Source: a virus
Reading direction: 5' to 3' (one strand)
DNA: 11,395 bases
Virus genome (UHGV): UHGV-0117955
This document shows positions 1 through 7,420 of this stretch, one piece after another (within the stretch, counting starts at the first letter, position 1; every line of letters starts with the position of its first letter). The translations under genes and the position numbers were made by a program. The notes under the pieces were generated by a model that did no database searches, was not told where the DNA came from, and worked only from the letters and a program-made list of their open reading frames with translations.

Positions 1-6
1 ATAGCC

Positions 7-702
7 ATGTTATATGCATTTAAGCTGGGCAGAAAACTGCGCGGCGAGGAACCTTGGTGCCCTGAAAAAGGCGGGAAAGGTGGTAGCTCTGATAAAAGTG
101 CAAAGTATGCCGCAGAAGCTCAGAAGTATGCAGCAGACCTGCAAAATCAGCAGTGGCAGACGATCATGAAAAACCTTGCTCCGTTCACGCCTCTTGCGGA
201 GCAGTATGTTAACCAGCTTCAGAACCTTTCCAGTTTAGAAGGGCAGGGGCAGGCACTTAACCAGTATTACAACTCTCAGCAGTACAAAGACCTTGCTGGT
301 CAGGCGCGCTATCAGAGTCTGGTGGCAGCGGAAGCAACAGGTGGATTAGGTTCCACCGCAACCAGTAATCAGTTAGCAACAATCGCACCAACTCTTGGCC
401 AGCAATGGCTATCTGGACAAATGAACAACTACCAGAATCTGGCAAATATTGGTCTTGGCGCTCTTCAGGGACAGGCAAACGCCGGGCAAACATATGCCAA
501 CAACATGAGCCAGATTTCACAGCAAAGCGCGGCACTGGCGGCGGCAAACGCTAATAGACCTTCCGGCCTTCAATCTGCAATAGGCGGGGCTGCCTCTGGA
601 GCAATTGCTGGAGCACAACTTGGCAGCATTGTTCCTGGTATTGGTACTGGTATTGGTGCCGCTGTTGGTGGCGGTCTTGGTCTGCTTGGCTCGTTGTTTT
701 AA
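7..702 (+). CDS. P22-type ejection (injection) protein, gp7-like
   Basis: ATG at 7; the frame is open to the window edge, so the true start could lie upstream. 231 aa, Gln/Asn/Ala-rich with a Gly-rich hydrophobic C-terminus (…GIGTGIGAAVGGGLGLLGSLF). Stop TAA at 700-702. Size and position directly upstream of the gp20/gp16-like genes match the first of the three P22 ejection proteins (about 229 aa in P22, from memory). Confidence 0.6.
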   Translation: MLYAFKLGRKLRGEEPWCPEKGGKGGSSDKSAKYAAEAQKYAADLQNQQWQTIMKNLAPFTPLAEQYVNQLQNLSSLEGQGQALNQYYNSQQYKDLAGQARYQSLVAAEATGGLGSTATSNQLATIAPTLGQQWLSGQMNNYQNLANIGLGALQGQANAGQTYANNMSQISQQSAALAAANANRPSGLQSAIGGAASGAIAGAQLGSIVPGIGTGIGAAVGGGLGLLGSLF

Positions 703-711
703 GGGGTAATC

Positions 712-2178
712 ATGGCTACTTGGCAAGGAACAAATGGCGGATTGTTGGCTGGTATCGGTGGGGTCAACTCAAACGCTCCGAGCGTAAATGAGATCGGCAA
801 TACGCTTCAGCTTATCAGGCAGAACAATGATATTGAGCGCTCAGGCGCTAACAATGTTGGACTGACGGCCTTGCAAGGTCTTTCAGGTATTGCTGGTGTT
901 TTTCAGCAGGAAAAGCAGGCTCAGCGGCAGAAAGAATTTCAGCAGGCATACGCTAATGCTTATGCGTCTGGTGATCGCGGTGCTTTGCGTCAGTTGGCTA
1001 CTCAATATCCAGACCAGATTGAATCCGTTCGTAAAGGCATGGGATTCATTGATGAAGACCAGCGCAATTCTATCGGCACCTTAGCGGCTGGCGCACGCCT
1101 TGCGGCCTCGTCTCCAGAAGCAATGCAATCATGGCTGCAAAACAACGCCAAGGAACTGACTCGCGTCGGTGTTGACCCTAACAGCGTTGCTCAGATGTAT
1201 CAGCAGAACCCTTCAGGATTTGGTGAGTTTGTTGATCACCTTGGGATGGCTGCTCTTGGTCCGATTGATTACTTCAATGTTCAGGACAAGATGGCTGGTC
1301 GTGAAATTGACCGAGGCAGGCTGGCAGAGACAATCCGCAGCAATCAGGCCGGCGAAGCACTTCAGGCGAGAGGGCAGGATATTAGCCGAGCAAATGCGTT
1401 AACGTCAGCATATGCACCAACAGCCGCAATGCAGAATTACAATCAGTACGCGCAAATGTTAAAGGCAGATCCAGATGGTGCAGCGGCATTTGCGGCAGCG
1501 GCGGGAATTAATCCCAATGCTAAGAAATTACTTAAGGTTGAAACCAATCCTGATGGCTCGGTAACTAAGTATTACACCGATGGCAGCGAGGAAGCCGGAA
1601 AACTAAACCAACCTATATCTGGTGATGGCATTAAACCAATTAGCTTGCCACAAGCGCAAAGCATCATAGATAAGGCTAATGAGGGTTCCAAGAAGGCGGC
1701 GGGATTTGCTTTGCGATTAAAAGATTCAATGGACTCAATGAATCAGCTTAGTAAAAGCATTGACCCTAAGCGAGTTGCATTAATAAATCGCTCTCTTGGT
1801 GATGGGACTATTGCAAATTTAAGCCTATCACCAGCGGAGCAGCAATATATGGTAAATGCGAGAGACGCCTTGTATGCAATTTTGCGCCCAGAAACAGGTG
1901 CAGCAATTACTCTGCCAGAGATGCAGGAGTATTCCAAAATGTACCTGCCTCAGCCCGGTGATTCCAAGGCTGCTACTGAAACAAAAATGCGAAAAATGCA
2001 GGGCCAATATAACTCATTACGTGGTCAGTCTGGTCGCGTTTATGATGCTTTGGTGGTTTCAAGTGCTGCAAATAGTCAACAACAGAGCAATAGCCAACAA
2101 CCGACAAATACCCAACAGAAGCAGAGTCAATCCGGATCATATACCTCAAAATCAGGCATTCAATTTACGGTGGAATGA
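712..2178 (+). CDS. P22-type ejection protein, gp20-like
   Basis: ATG at 712 preceded by AAGGGG (701-706). 488 aa, Ala/Gln-rich, with a Q/S-rich low-complexity C-terminus. Its stop overlaps the next start as ATGA (2175-2178), indicating translational coupling. Order and size fit the P22 7-20-16 ejection-protein trio. Confidence 0.6.
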   Translation: MATWQGTNGGLLAGIGGVNSNAPSVNEIGNTLQLIRQNNDIERSGANNVGLTALQGLSGIAGVFQQEKQAQRQKEFQQAYANAYASGDRGALRQLATQYPDQIESVRKGMGFIDEDQRNSIGTLAAGARLAASSPEAMQSWLQNNAKELTRVGVDPNSVAQMYQQNPSGFGEFVDHLGMAALGPIDYFNVQDKMAGREIDRGRLAETIRSNQAGEALQARGQDISRANALTSAYAPTAAMQNYNQYAQMLKADPDGAAAFAAAAGINPNAKKLLKVETNPDGSVTKYYTDGSEEAGKLNQPISGDGIKPISLPQAQSIIDKANEGSKKAAGFALRLKDSMDSMNQLSKSIDPKRVALINRSLGDGTIANLSLSPAEQQYMVNARDALYAILRPETGAAITLPEMQEYSKMYLPQPGDSKAATETKMRKMQGQYNSLRGQSGRVYDALVVSSAANSQQQSNSQQPTNTQQKQSQSGSYTSKSGIQFTVE

Positions 2179-4007
2179 TGAAAGTAACTGCAAACGGTAA
2201 GACATTTACCTTCCCTGATGGTACGAGCACGGAAGATATTGGCACCGCCATTGATGAGTATTTTGCTGGTCAGGCTGTTCAGCAACAAACAGTTAATCAG
2301 GCCAATAATGCACCAACACAGGAAGAACCATCATTGATGCAACAAGCTGGCGATTGGCTCACTGGTGGTCAAAGTGCAGGGCAAATTGCAGAACAGGCTG
2401 GTCGTGGTCTGGTAAACATACCATTTGACGTATTGCAGGGTGGCGCAAGTCTGATTAATGCAATCAGTCAGGGGCTTGGTGGGCCAAAAGTATTGGATGA
2501 TGTCTATCGTCCAGTCGATCGACCGACAGACCCTTATGCGCAAGCTGGAGAAACAATTGGCGGGTATTTAGTTCCAGGAGTTGGAACGGCAGGAAGCATG
2601 GCTATTGGATCACTGGCAGAGGCCGCAAATCAGAAAGGCGATTTCGCACAAAATGCAGCTAAAAATGCCGGAGTTAACCTTGCCGCTCAGGGTGTTCTTT
2701 CCGCAGCAGCAAAGGGAATAGGGCGTGGAATTACTGCTGTTCGTGGCGAAATATCACCAGCAGATCAGCAATTGCTCAAGCGTGCCGCTGCGGCAGATGT
2801 ACCAGTTATGACATCGGATGTAGTTCCTCCAAAAACAAAACTTGGCAATCAACTGCAGGGTTACTCAGAAGGAGTCATAGCTGGTACTGGACCAATGAGA
2901 GCCGCACAGCAGGATGCCAGAACCAAGCTTGTTAATCGCTTCACCGAAAAATACGGCGACTACGATCCATCTGTAGTCGTTGATAGTCTAAAGTCAGGCG
3001 TTGCAAGGGAAAAATCGTTAGCCAAGTCAAAACTAAACAACCTGTCAGGAAGAATGGTTGGAAAGCCAGTTGATACAAGTGGCGCCATAAGAGCCATCGA
3101 CGGAGCAGTAAACGAACTTGGGAAACTTAAAGGTGTTTCTGACACCCAGACCATTTCTGCGCTTAATGATTATAAGAATGCCATTCAGGAGATAACAAAT
3201 GGAGATGATGCCTTTGAGTTACTTGATAAGCTGAGAACTCAGTTCCGCATTGACGTAAAAGGCGATCGCACAGTTCTGCCATCAATGTCGCAAACAATGA
3301 TCAACAGGGTCTACAACTCGCTAACCAATAGCCTTAGTAAATCTATAGCGAAAGGACTTAGCCCAAAAGATGCTTCAGCATGGAGAGCGGGAAAAGCTGA
3401 TTATGCAAAAATGGCAACACATGCAACTCAAACGCGCCTTAAAAACGTTCTAAACAAAGGAGATTTAACTCCCGAGGCTGTAAATACCATTGTGTATGGA
3501 CAATATGGGTCAGATATAGCTCGATTGTACGGGAAACTCGATCAAAAAGGTAAAGACATGCTAAGGGCGGCATATATCAGCAAAATAGCTGACAAGGTAG
3601 GTGACAGCCCTCAGAAAATGATGACCGAGCTTGGCAAGCTGCAAAAACAAGCAAATGGTCAGGTGTTTAAAACTGTATTTGGTGGGAAGAACGGAAAAGA
3701 GATAGAGGGGATGTTATCTATTCTCGATGCTACCAAAAGAGCATCTGAGGCTAATGTTGTGACGAAGACTGGCATGACACTCGCGCCTTTGGTAAGGGTT
3801 ATTGGTAACCTAAAAACCGGAGGCGCGCTATTGGCTGGGGAAACAGGGATTGGCCTTATGTCGAGGGTTTATGAAAGCCCTATGGCTAGGAATGCGCTCT
3901 TACGTCTGGCAAACACTAAAGCTGGAACGCCAGCTTATGAAAGAGCGCTGAATAACGCCGCAAATGCCATCAGACCAATACTTGCCAATGATGCAACTGA
4001 TCGCTAA
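2175..4007 (+). CDS. P22-type ejection protein, gp16-like
   Basis: ATGATG start at 2175 overlapping the upstream stop. 610 aa, against about 609 aa for P22 gp16. Last gene of the ejection-protein trio, directly before the immunity region as in P22. Stop TAA at 4005-4007. Confidence 0.65.
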   Translation: MMKVTANGKTFTFPDGTSTEDIGTAIDEYFAGQAVQQQTVNQANNAPTQEEPSLMQQAGDWLTGGQSAGQIAEQAGRGLVNIPFDVLQGGASLINAISQGLGGPKVLDDVYRPVDRPTDPYAQAGETIGGYLVPGVGTAGSMAIGSLAEAANQKGDFAQNAAKNAGVNLAAQGVLSAAAKGIGRGITAVRGEISPADQQLLKRAAAADVPVMTSDVVPPKTKLGNQLQGYSEGVIAGTGPMRAAQQDARTKLVNRFTEKYGDYDPSVVVDSLKSGVAREKSLAKSKLNNLSGRMVGKPVDTSGAIRAIDGAVNELGKLKGVSDTQTISALNDYKNAIQEITNGDDAFELLDKLRTQFRIDVKGDRTVLPSMSQTMINRVYNSLTNSLSKSIAKGLSPKDASAWRAGKADYAKMATHATQTRLKNVLNKGDLTPEAVNTIVYGQYGSDIARLYGKLDQKGKDMLRAAYISKIADKVGDSPQKMMTELGKLQKQANGQVFKTVFGGKNGKEIEGMLSILDATKRASEANVVTKTGMTLAPLVRVIGNLKTGGALLAGETGIGLMSRVYESPMARNALLRLANTKAGTPAYERALNNAANAIRPILANDATDR

Positions 4008-4028
4008 GGGTTGATGTCATGGATGTTG

Positions 4029-4667
4029 TTAATTGCGAATGGAATCGCGGAACTCTTTACTTGATAGAAAAGGATCTGTTCTCCTTAACTCATCATAGTT
4101 TTTATTAAACTTTCTTGCTTCACCTGGGTATCTGTTGAACAAAACATTGCAGAAAAAAGAGAGCAATAACTCACATATGAATGCTAATACCCTGAAAAAT
4201 AAAGGTATAAAAAGAAGGGAAGGTTCATTGAAGTCTCTATTCCAAACAAAATAGACAATCATCCCGACATACCAAATTGATATCCCTATACTGATGATTG
4301 TTCCAACAGAGGTAACTACGACCCCGATTAAGTCGGACAGTCTGTTTGCCAGTAACTCATTTGAGTATCTTGCAATCATATACCGCCAACATTTTGCAAT
4401 ATCATCCTGATCTGTAGAGTCTTCTGGAATAGCTAGGCTTCTACATATTGAAGTAGCTCTTTTTTTCTCAACTCTTTTTGAGAGCCATCCATTAAAGAGA
4501 TACATCAACACCTGCGTTGCTATTCCTGCACCAAGTGATATCAAAGACATCCCAAAAAATCGCCATCCTGGAGATAGCGACTGGTACTGCCAAACAAAAA
4601 AAATTAAAAAACCCAATGAGCCTATGACATAGGCTGATGTATCGCTATATATATCTATTTTTTTCAT
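4029..4667 (-). CDS. Integral membrane protein (four predicted TM helices) in the sieA position; candidate superinfection-exclusion protein
   Basis: The track ORF 4029..4700 begins with GTG and has no Shine-Dalgarno sequence. The in-frame ATG at 4667 is preceded by AAGGAG (4677-4681 on the - strand) and is the preferred start, giving 212 aa. Four long hydrophobic segments (YVIGSLGFLIFFVWQY; FFGMSLISLGAGIATQVLMYLF; LIGVVVTSVGTIISIGISIWYVGMIVYFVW; LLFIPLFFRVLAFICELLLSFFCNVLF) separated by charged loops. Markedly AT-rich compared with the flanking structural genes. It lies directly downstream of, and on the same strand as, the Mnt-like gene, where P22 carries sieA. The functional call is positional only. 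Confidence 0.45.
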   Translation of the reverse strand: MKKIDIYSDTSAYVIGSLGFLIFFVWQYQSLSPGWRFFGMSLISLGAGIATQVLMYLFNGWLSKRVEKKRATSICRSLAIPEDSTDQDDIAKCWRYMIARYSNELLANRLSDLIGVVVTSVGTIISIGISIWYVGMIVYFVWNRDFNEPSLLFIPLFFRVLAFICELLLSFFCNVLFNRYPGEARKFNKNYDELRRTDPFLSSKEFRDSIRN

Positions 4668-4717
4668 TGAGTAGCCACTCCTTAGTTTTGAGCAGAACAC
4701 CGGATGATAATGTTTTG

Positions 4718-4969
4718 TTATGTGTCTTTTGGGATTCTATCCAGTAACTCGTTGGAAATTTTATCAAGTAAAGATTTTATTTGTTTAAGATCTAATGATT
4801 TGTCTACTGATGAGACGTCAGATGATAACGCATCCTCAAGAATTTGAACTATCTCTGAGTTCATAGATCGACCGTTTCGTTTAGCCCTTTCCGCAATAGC
4901 ACTACGCATGCCGTCAGGCATTCTAACCGTAAATCTTTCTATGAAATTTGATTCGTCTTTTTCTGACAT
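4718..4969 (-). CDS. Mnt-like ribbon-helix-helix repressor (copy 1)
   Basis: The translation contains FTVRMPDGMRSAIAERAKRNGRSMNSEIVQILEDALS, closely matching the N-terminal ribbon-helix-helix region of P22 Mnt/Arc (FNFRMP…ANGRSMNSELLQIVQDALS, recalled). The track ORF starts at 5017 with a hydrophobic leader that would overlap the promoter; the preferred start is the internal ATG at 4969, giving 83 aa (P22 Mnt is 83 aa). Stop TAA at 4718-4720. Confidence 0.7.
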   Translation of the reverse strand: MSEKDESNFIERFTVRMPDGMRSAIAERAKRNGRSMNSEIVQILEDALSSDVSSVDKSLDLKQIKSLLDKISNELLDRIPKDT

Positions 4970-5018
4970 TTTCTTATTCGCAAGGCATATGAGCAATAAA
5001 AAACACAGTAGCATCATA

Positions 5019-5079
5019 TTGACATTATGAGCAATGGCATCATAATGGTGTCATGACATCATGGTGATGTCATTATGAC
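5019..5079. promoter_or_regulatory. Divergent overlapping promoters with palindromic operator-like sites (Pant/Pmnt-like)
   Basis: Rightward promoter: -35 TTGACA (5019-5024), 16-bp spacer, -10 CATAAT (5041-5046). Candidate leftward promoter on the - strand: -35 TGACAC (5053-5048), 17-bp spacer, -10 CATAAT (5030-5025). Perfect 10-bp palindrome TGTCATGACA (5049-5058) at the predicted rightward transcript start. Perfect 11-bp palindrome GTCATtATGAC (5069-5079). Repeated TGACAT/ATGTCA half-sites at 5020, 5054 and 5067. The architecture mirrors the overlapping Pant/Pmnt and operators of P22 immI. Confidence 0.55.
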
Positions 5080-5089
5080 GGAGATATTG

Positions 5090-5266
5090 ATGATGAGCGA
5101 TGTTCTTTACAGTGGTCGTAAAAGTCAGAGTTTCCAGCTTCGTTTGCCAGCGCGAATGAAGGAGGAGATCAGACGCGTAGCTGAAATGGATGGAATTTCT
5201 ATCAACTCTGCGATTGTGCAGCGACTGGCTAAAAGCCTGAGAGAGGAAAGAGCTAATGCCCAGTAA
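5090..5266 (+). CDS. Arc-like ribbon-helix-helix repressor
   Basis: 58 aa from ATG 5090, with GGAG (5080-5083) 6 nt upstream; the track ORF start at 5075 has no Shine-Dalgarno sequence. The motif SFQLRLPARMKEEIRRVAEMDGISINSAIVQRLAKSL matches the Arc/Mnt fold (P22 Arc is 53 aa, with FNLRWP…NGRSVNSEIYQRV). It sits directly downstream of the TTGACA/CATAAT promoter. Confidence 0.7.
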   Translation: MMSDVLYSGRKSQSFQLRLPARMKEEIRRVAEMDGISINSAIVQRLAKSLREERANAQ

Positions 5267-5339
5267 AAATAGTGAAGCCCGGAAGTGCGCGAACACAAAC
5301 CGGGCCTCTATGTCAGTAACCGTACCCAAGGAAACTAAC

Positions 5340-5978
5340 ATGAATATTGTAGCAAAATCAGATTATAACTTCCAAGGATTCACTTTTAACCCTGTAACAG
5401 AGGGCGGGTCTATCTGGTTCACCTCCGCCGAACTAGCTAAGGCTCTCGGCTATAAAAAAACTGATGCCATCAGCCAAATTTATGCCCGTAATGCTGACGA
5501 ATTTTCCGACTCAATGTCATTGACCCTCAATATGAAGGTCAACGGAATAAACAATAGCTTACGTAACAAATCGGTCAGAGTTTACTCGCTCCGAGGCGCT
5601 CACTTGGTGGCGATGTTTGCTTCTACGCCCAAGGCCAAAGAGTTCCGCCGCTGGGTGCTGGATATTTTGGATCGGCAGGCAGAATGCTCACCGATTGCAA
5701 AACAGTTTACTGACGAAGAACTGGTTAATCTCTGCTACTTACAATTGTGGATGGAGAAGAGTCAACAAATGTGCAAACACATCTACCCAGGAATGAAGCA
5801 AATTGGTTCTGAGCTTTCAGGAAGGATTTACGATATTGCATATGAGACTCGCTACATGTCAGAAGAAACCAAGAAATCACTTCTTCGTGAAATGAAGAAT
5901 CTTGATACCAACAATTTTGTCGTAAAGAACGCTCAGCCAATGCTGGCAAAACTGCGCGGCGAGGAATGGATTCATTGA
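5340..5978 (+). CDS. Bro-N domain antirepressor-like protein
   Basis: ATG at 5340 preceded by AAGGAA (5327-5332). The N-terminus (FQGFTFNPVTEGGSIWFTSAELAKALGY) looks like a Bro-N/antirepressor N-terminal domain. An alternative upstream ATG at 5256 overlaps the arc stop and is considered less likely. Stop TGA at 5976-5978. Confidence 0.6.
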   Translation: MNIVAKSDYNFQGFTFNPVTEGGSIWFTSAELAKALGYKKTDAISQIYARNADEFSDSMSLTLNMKVNGINNSLRNKSVRVYSLRGAHLVAMFASTPKAKEFRRWVLDILDRQAECSPIAKQFTDEELVNLCYLQLWMEKSQQMCKHIYPGMKQIGSELSGRIYDIAYETRYMSEETKKSLLREMKNLDTNNFVVKNAQPMLAKLRGEEWIH

Positions 5979-5982
5979 TTGG

Positions 5983-6028
5983 TGCGCCGGACGGCGCAAA
6001 AAGAAAACCGCCAGTGTGCTGCTGGCGG
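5983..6028. other. Two GC-rich intercistronic stem-loops
   Basis: Hairpin 1: TGCGCC-ggac-GGCGCA (5983-5998). Hairpin 2: CCGCCAG-tgtgctg-CTGGCGG (6008-6028), a 7-bp stem with a 7-nt loop. An A-rich run (5998-6007) lies between them, so on the - strand hairpin 2 is followed by TTTTCTTTT and resembles an intrinsic terminator facing leftward. Confidence 0.5.
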
Positions 6029-6066
6029 CCTATGTCACACCCTTACTACCACATAAGGAATGCCTA

Positions 6067-6795
6067 ATGACTTTTAAGAATGTAGCAAACATCGGATCCG
6101 TTGTCACGGATAAAACCATTGATAGCCAGTACCTGTTAGAGATGGTCAATCATGCTCGTAGACATTGCGGGGAAAAAGAAGTCCGCAATAACGACTTTAT
6201 TGCACGCATTAAGGATGAACTTGAAGGTGAGCACTACGAAATTTTCGTAGTTCAAAAATCAAACAAGACAACTTCTGAAAAAGTTGTTATGTCAATTAAG
6301 CAAGCCCTTCGAGTGGCTGCTCGTGAATCTAAAGCTGTTCGCCGCTCACTTGTAGACCAACTTGAAAGTATGCAAGAAGCGCACATTAAAAGCGGTAAAT
6401 CGTCGAGTGGACTTGTTGAGTATCGCCAGGCGCGAACATTGAAAATGACGGTTGAAGCTGTTACCAATCTGTTCGATTTGATGCCAAATCTTGCGCCGGA
6501 AGCAAAGCAGACTGCGGCAGCAAGCATAATCAACCCGATCGTTGGTTTTAATGCAATACCTCTTCCAGCAATAGAAGAGCATTACTACTCAGCAGGGGAG
6601 GTTGCAGAGCAGCTTGGAGTAACGGCCAACAAGATTGGTCGCATTGCTAACGCAAACAACCTCAAAACTGAGCAGTACGGTAAGTTCTTCCTGGATAAAT
6701 CTGCGCATTCCAGCAAACAGGTGGAAGCATTCCGCTACAATGCGGAAGGTGTTAAAGCACTACAACACCTGATTCATGGGAGTAATGTTGCATAA
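6067..6795 (+). CDS. Antirepressor-like protein (possible AntA-like N-terminus and KilA-C/ANT-like C-terminus)
   Basis: ATG at 6067 preceded by AAGGAA (6055-6060); the track ORF begins at a GTG at 6016. 242 aa. The C-terminal segment YYSAGEVAEQLGVTANKIGRIANANNL resembles the helix-turn-helix-like core of phage KilA-C/ANT domains, and the N-terminal part (…NDFIARIKDEL…) loosely resembles AntA-type domains. Domain calls are from memory and need an HMM search. The gene sits where ant sits in P22 immI. Confidence 0.4.
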   Translation: MTFKNVANIGSVVTDKTIDSQYLLEMVNHARRHCGEKEVRNNDFIARIKDELEGEHYEIFVVQKSNKTTSEKVVMSIKQALRVAARESKAVRRSLVDQLESMQEAHIKSGKSSSGLVEYRQARTLKMTVEAVTNLFDLMPNLAPEAKQTAAASIINPIVGFNAIPLPAIEEHYYSAGEVAEQLGVTANKIGRIANANNLKTEQYGKFFLDKSAHSSKQVEAFRYNAEGVKALQHLIHGSNVA

Positions 6796-7016
6796 TGGCA
6801 AAGAAAAAATATGGCATTATGCCGCCAAGAATCAAAGGAAGAGCCAGGGTAAAAGGCGATGCTGGAAGGTATCACATTCTTGGAGTTCTGTGGCATGAGA
6901 GAGCTTTAATTTTAAGTAGACCTCATGGGTACATTGAAAAGGTATCTATAGATAGAGTAGAGATTCTTCCCCTTACACCTGAAGAAGAAGAAACGTACGG
7001 ACTTTTTGATAACTAA
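6795..7016 (+). CDS. Hypothetical small protein (73 aa), translationally coupled to the upstream gene
   Basis: TAATG stop/start overlap at 6793-6797. GGGAG at 6778-6782. Basic N-terminus (MAKKKYGIMPPRIKGRARVKGD) and acidic C-terminus (TPEEEETYGLFDN). No recognisable motif. Ends just before the terminator at 7024. Confidence 0.5.
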   Translation: MAKKKYGIMPPRIKGRARVKGDAGRYHILGVLWHERALILSRPHGYIEKVSIDRVEILPLTPEEEETYGLFDN

Positions 7017-7023
7017 CCAACTA

Positions 7024-7047
7024 AACCCGCTTAATCGCGGGTTTTTT
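7024..7047. terminator. Intrinsic terminator between convergent genes
   Basis: AACCCGC-ttaatc-GCGGGTT stem-loop (7024-7043) followed by TTTTTT on the + strand. It lies between the stop of the 73-aa ORF (7016) and the convergent mnt-like gene, whose last codons and stop (7031-7033) are encoded within the stem. Confidence 0.7.
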
Positions 7048-7288
7048 CTTTTCTAAGGATATCAGCCACAACTTCTTTTACTCGTTCCGAGATTAATGAG
7101 GCCAGCCTCTCTTCTTCATCGCGATGCCCGCTTACAGGTGATGGTTTGGAGAGTGATTCTTCCATCGTAGCCACAATTTCGGAATTGATAGACCTGTTAT
7201 TCATTTTTGCACGTTGCTTAATCTTAGCGTGCAACTCGTGCGTAAGCCTCAAGTGGAACTGCGCCTCATCGTATTTGCTGTACATCAT
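7031..7288 (-). CDS. mnt: Mnt-like ribbon-helix-helix repressor (copy 2; the closer match to P22 Mnt)
   Basis: The translation MMYSKYDEAQFHLRLTHELHAKIKQRAKMNNRSINSEIVATMEESLSKPSPVSGHRDEEERLASL… aligns along its length with P22 Mnt as recalled (…FNFRMP…ANGRSMNSELLQIVQDALSKPSPVTGYRNDAERLA…). 85 aa from ATG 7288, with GAGG 5 nt upstream on the - strand. The track ORF (7031..7684) extends 132 codons further upstream across the tailspike start and is treated as a spurious extension. Confidence 0.8.
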   Translation of the reverse strand: MMYSKYDEAQFHLRLTHELHAKIKQRAKMNNRSINSEIVATMEESLSKPSPVSGHRDEEERLASLISERVKEVVADILRKEKTRD

Positions 7289-7420
7289 CAATGCCTCACC
7301 AAATGGGTGGAATGGCATCGTAAAACCTACTGTACAAATCAACAATCGTACCATTTCGGTATGCAATAAACGCCAACCGTAGCCATGCTGCGGCGATTCC
7401 TTGTATCTGGAGCAAATTAA

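Noticed and set aside
257-726. Antisense ORFs 257..547 and 517..726 inside the gp7-like gene
   Set aside because: Shadow ORFs fully overlapping a better-supported gene; Cys/Arg-rich composition typical of antisense frames.
890-2200. Internal or overlapping ORFs 890..1084, 1169..1402, 1743..1937 and 1856..2200 within the gp20-like gene
   Set aside because: Nested within a long coding frame, with no ribosome-binding sites and implausible composition.
2331-3154. Antisense ORFs 2331..2543 and 2960..3154 inside the gp16-like gene
   Set aside because: Shadow frames of the ejection-protein gene.
4668-4700. GTG start at 4700 for the membrane protein
   Set aside because: No Shine-Dalgarno sequence, whereas the ATG at 4667 has AAGGAG upstream.
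4970-5017. Upstream hydrophobic leader (MMLLCFLLLICLANKK) on the Mnt-like copy 1 ORF
   Set aside because: It would place the start codon inside the predicted promoter/operator region, and it is atypical for a ribbon-helix-helix repressor. The internal ATG at 4969 gives a Mnt-sized protein.
5256-5339. Alternative upstream start for the Bro-N gene, overlapping the arc stop
   Set aside because: Bro-N domains normally begin within a few residues of the N-terminus, and the ATG at 5340 has a strong AAGGAA ribosome-binding site. The upstream start is not excluded (there is a GAGG 11 nt upstream).
5051-5341. 96-aa - strand ORF antisense to the arc-like gene
   Set aside because: It covers the promoter/operator region and the arc coding sequence and has no start signals. 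Likely spurious.
5983-6028. REP/BIME-type repetitive extragenic element
   Set aside because: The hairpins are GC-rich but do not match the REP consensus as I recall it. They are kept as generic stem-loops.
5725-6582. - strand ORFs 5725..5949, 6252..6533 and 6346..6582 inside the antirepressor genes
   Set aside because: Antisense shadow ORFs.
7146-7382. + strand 78-aa ORF overlapping the mnt-like gene
   Set aside because: Antisense to the strongly supported Mnt homologue.
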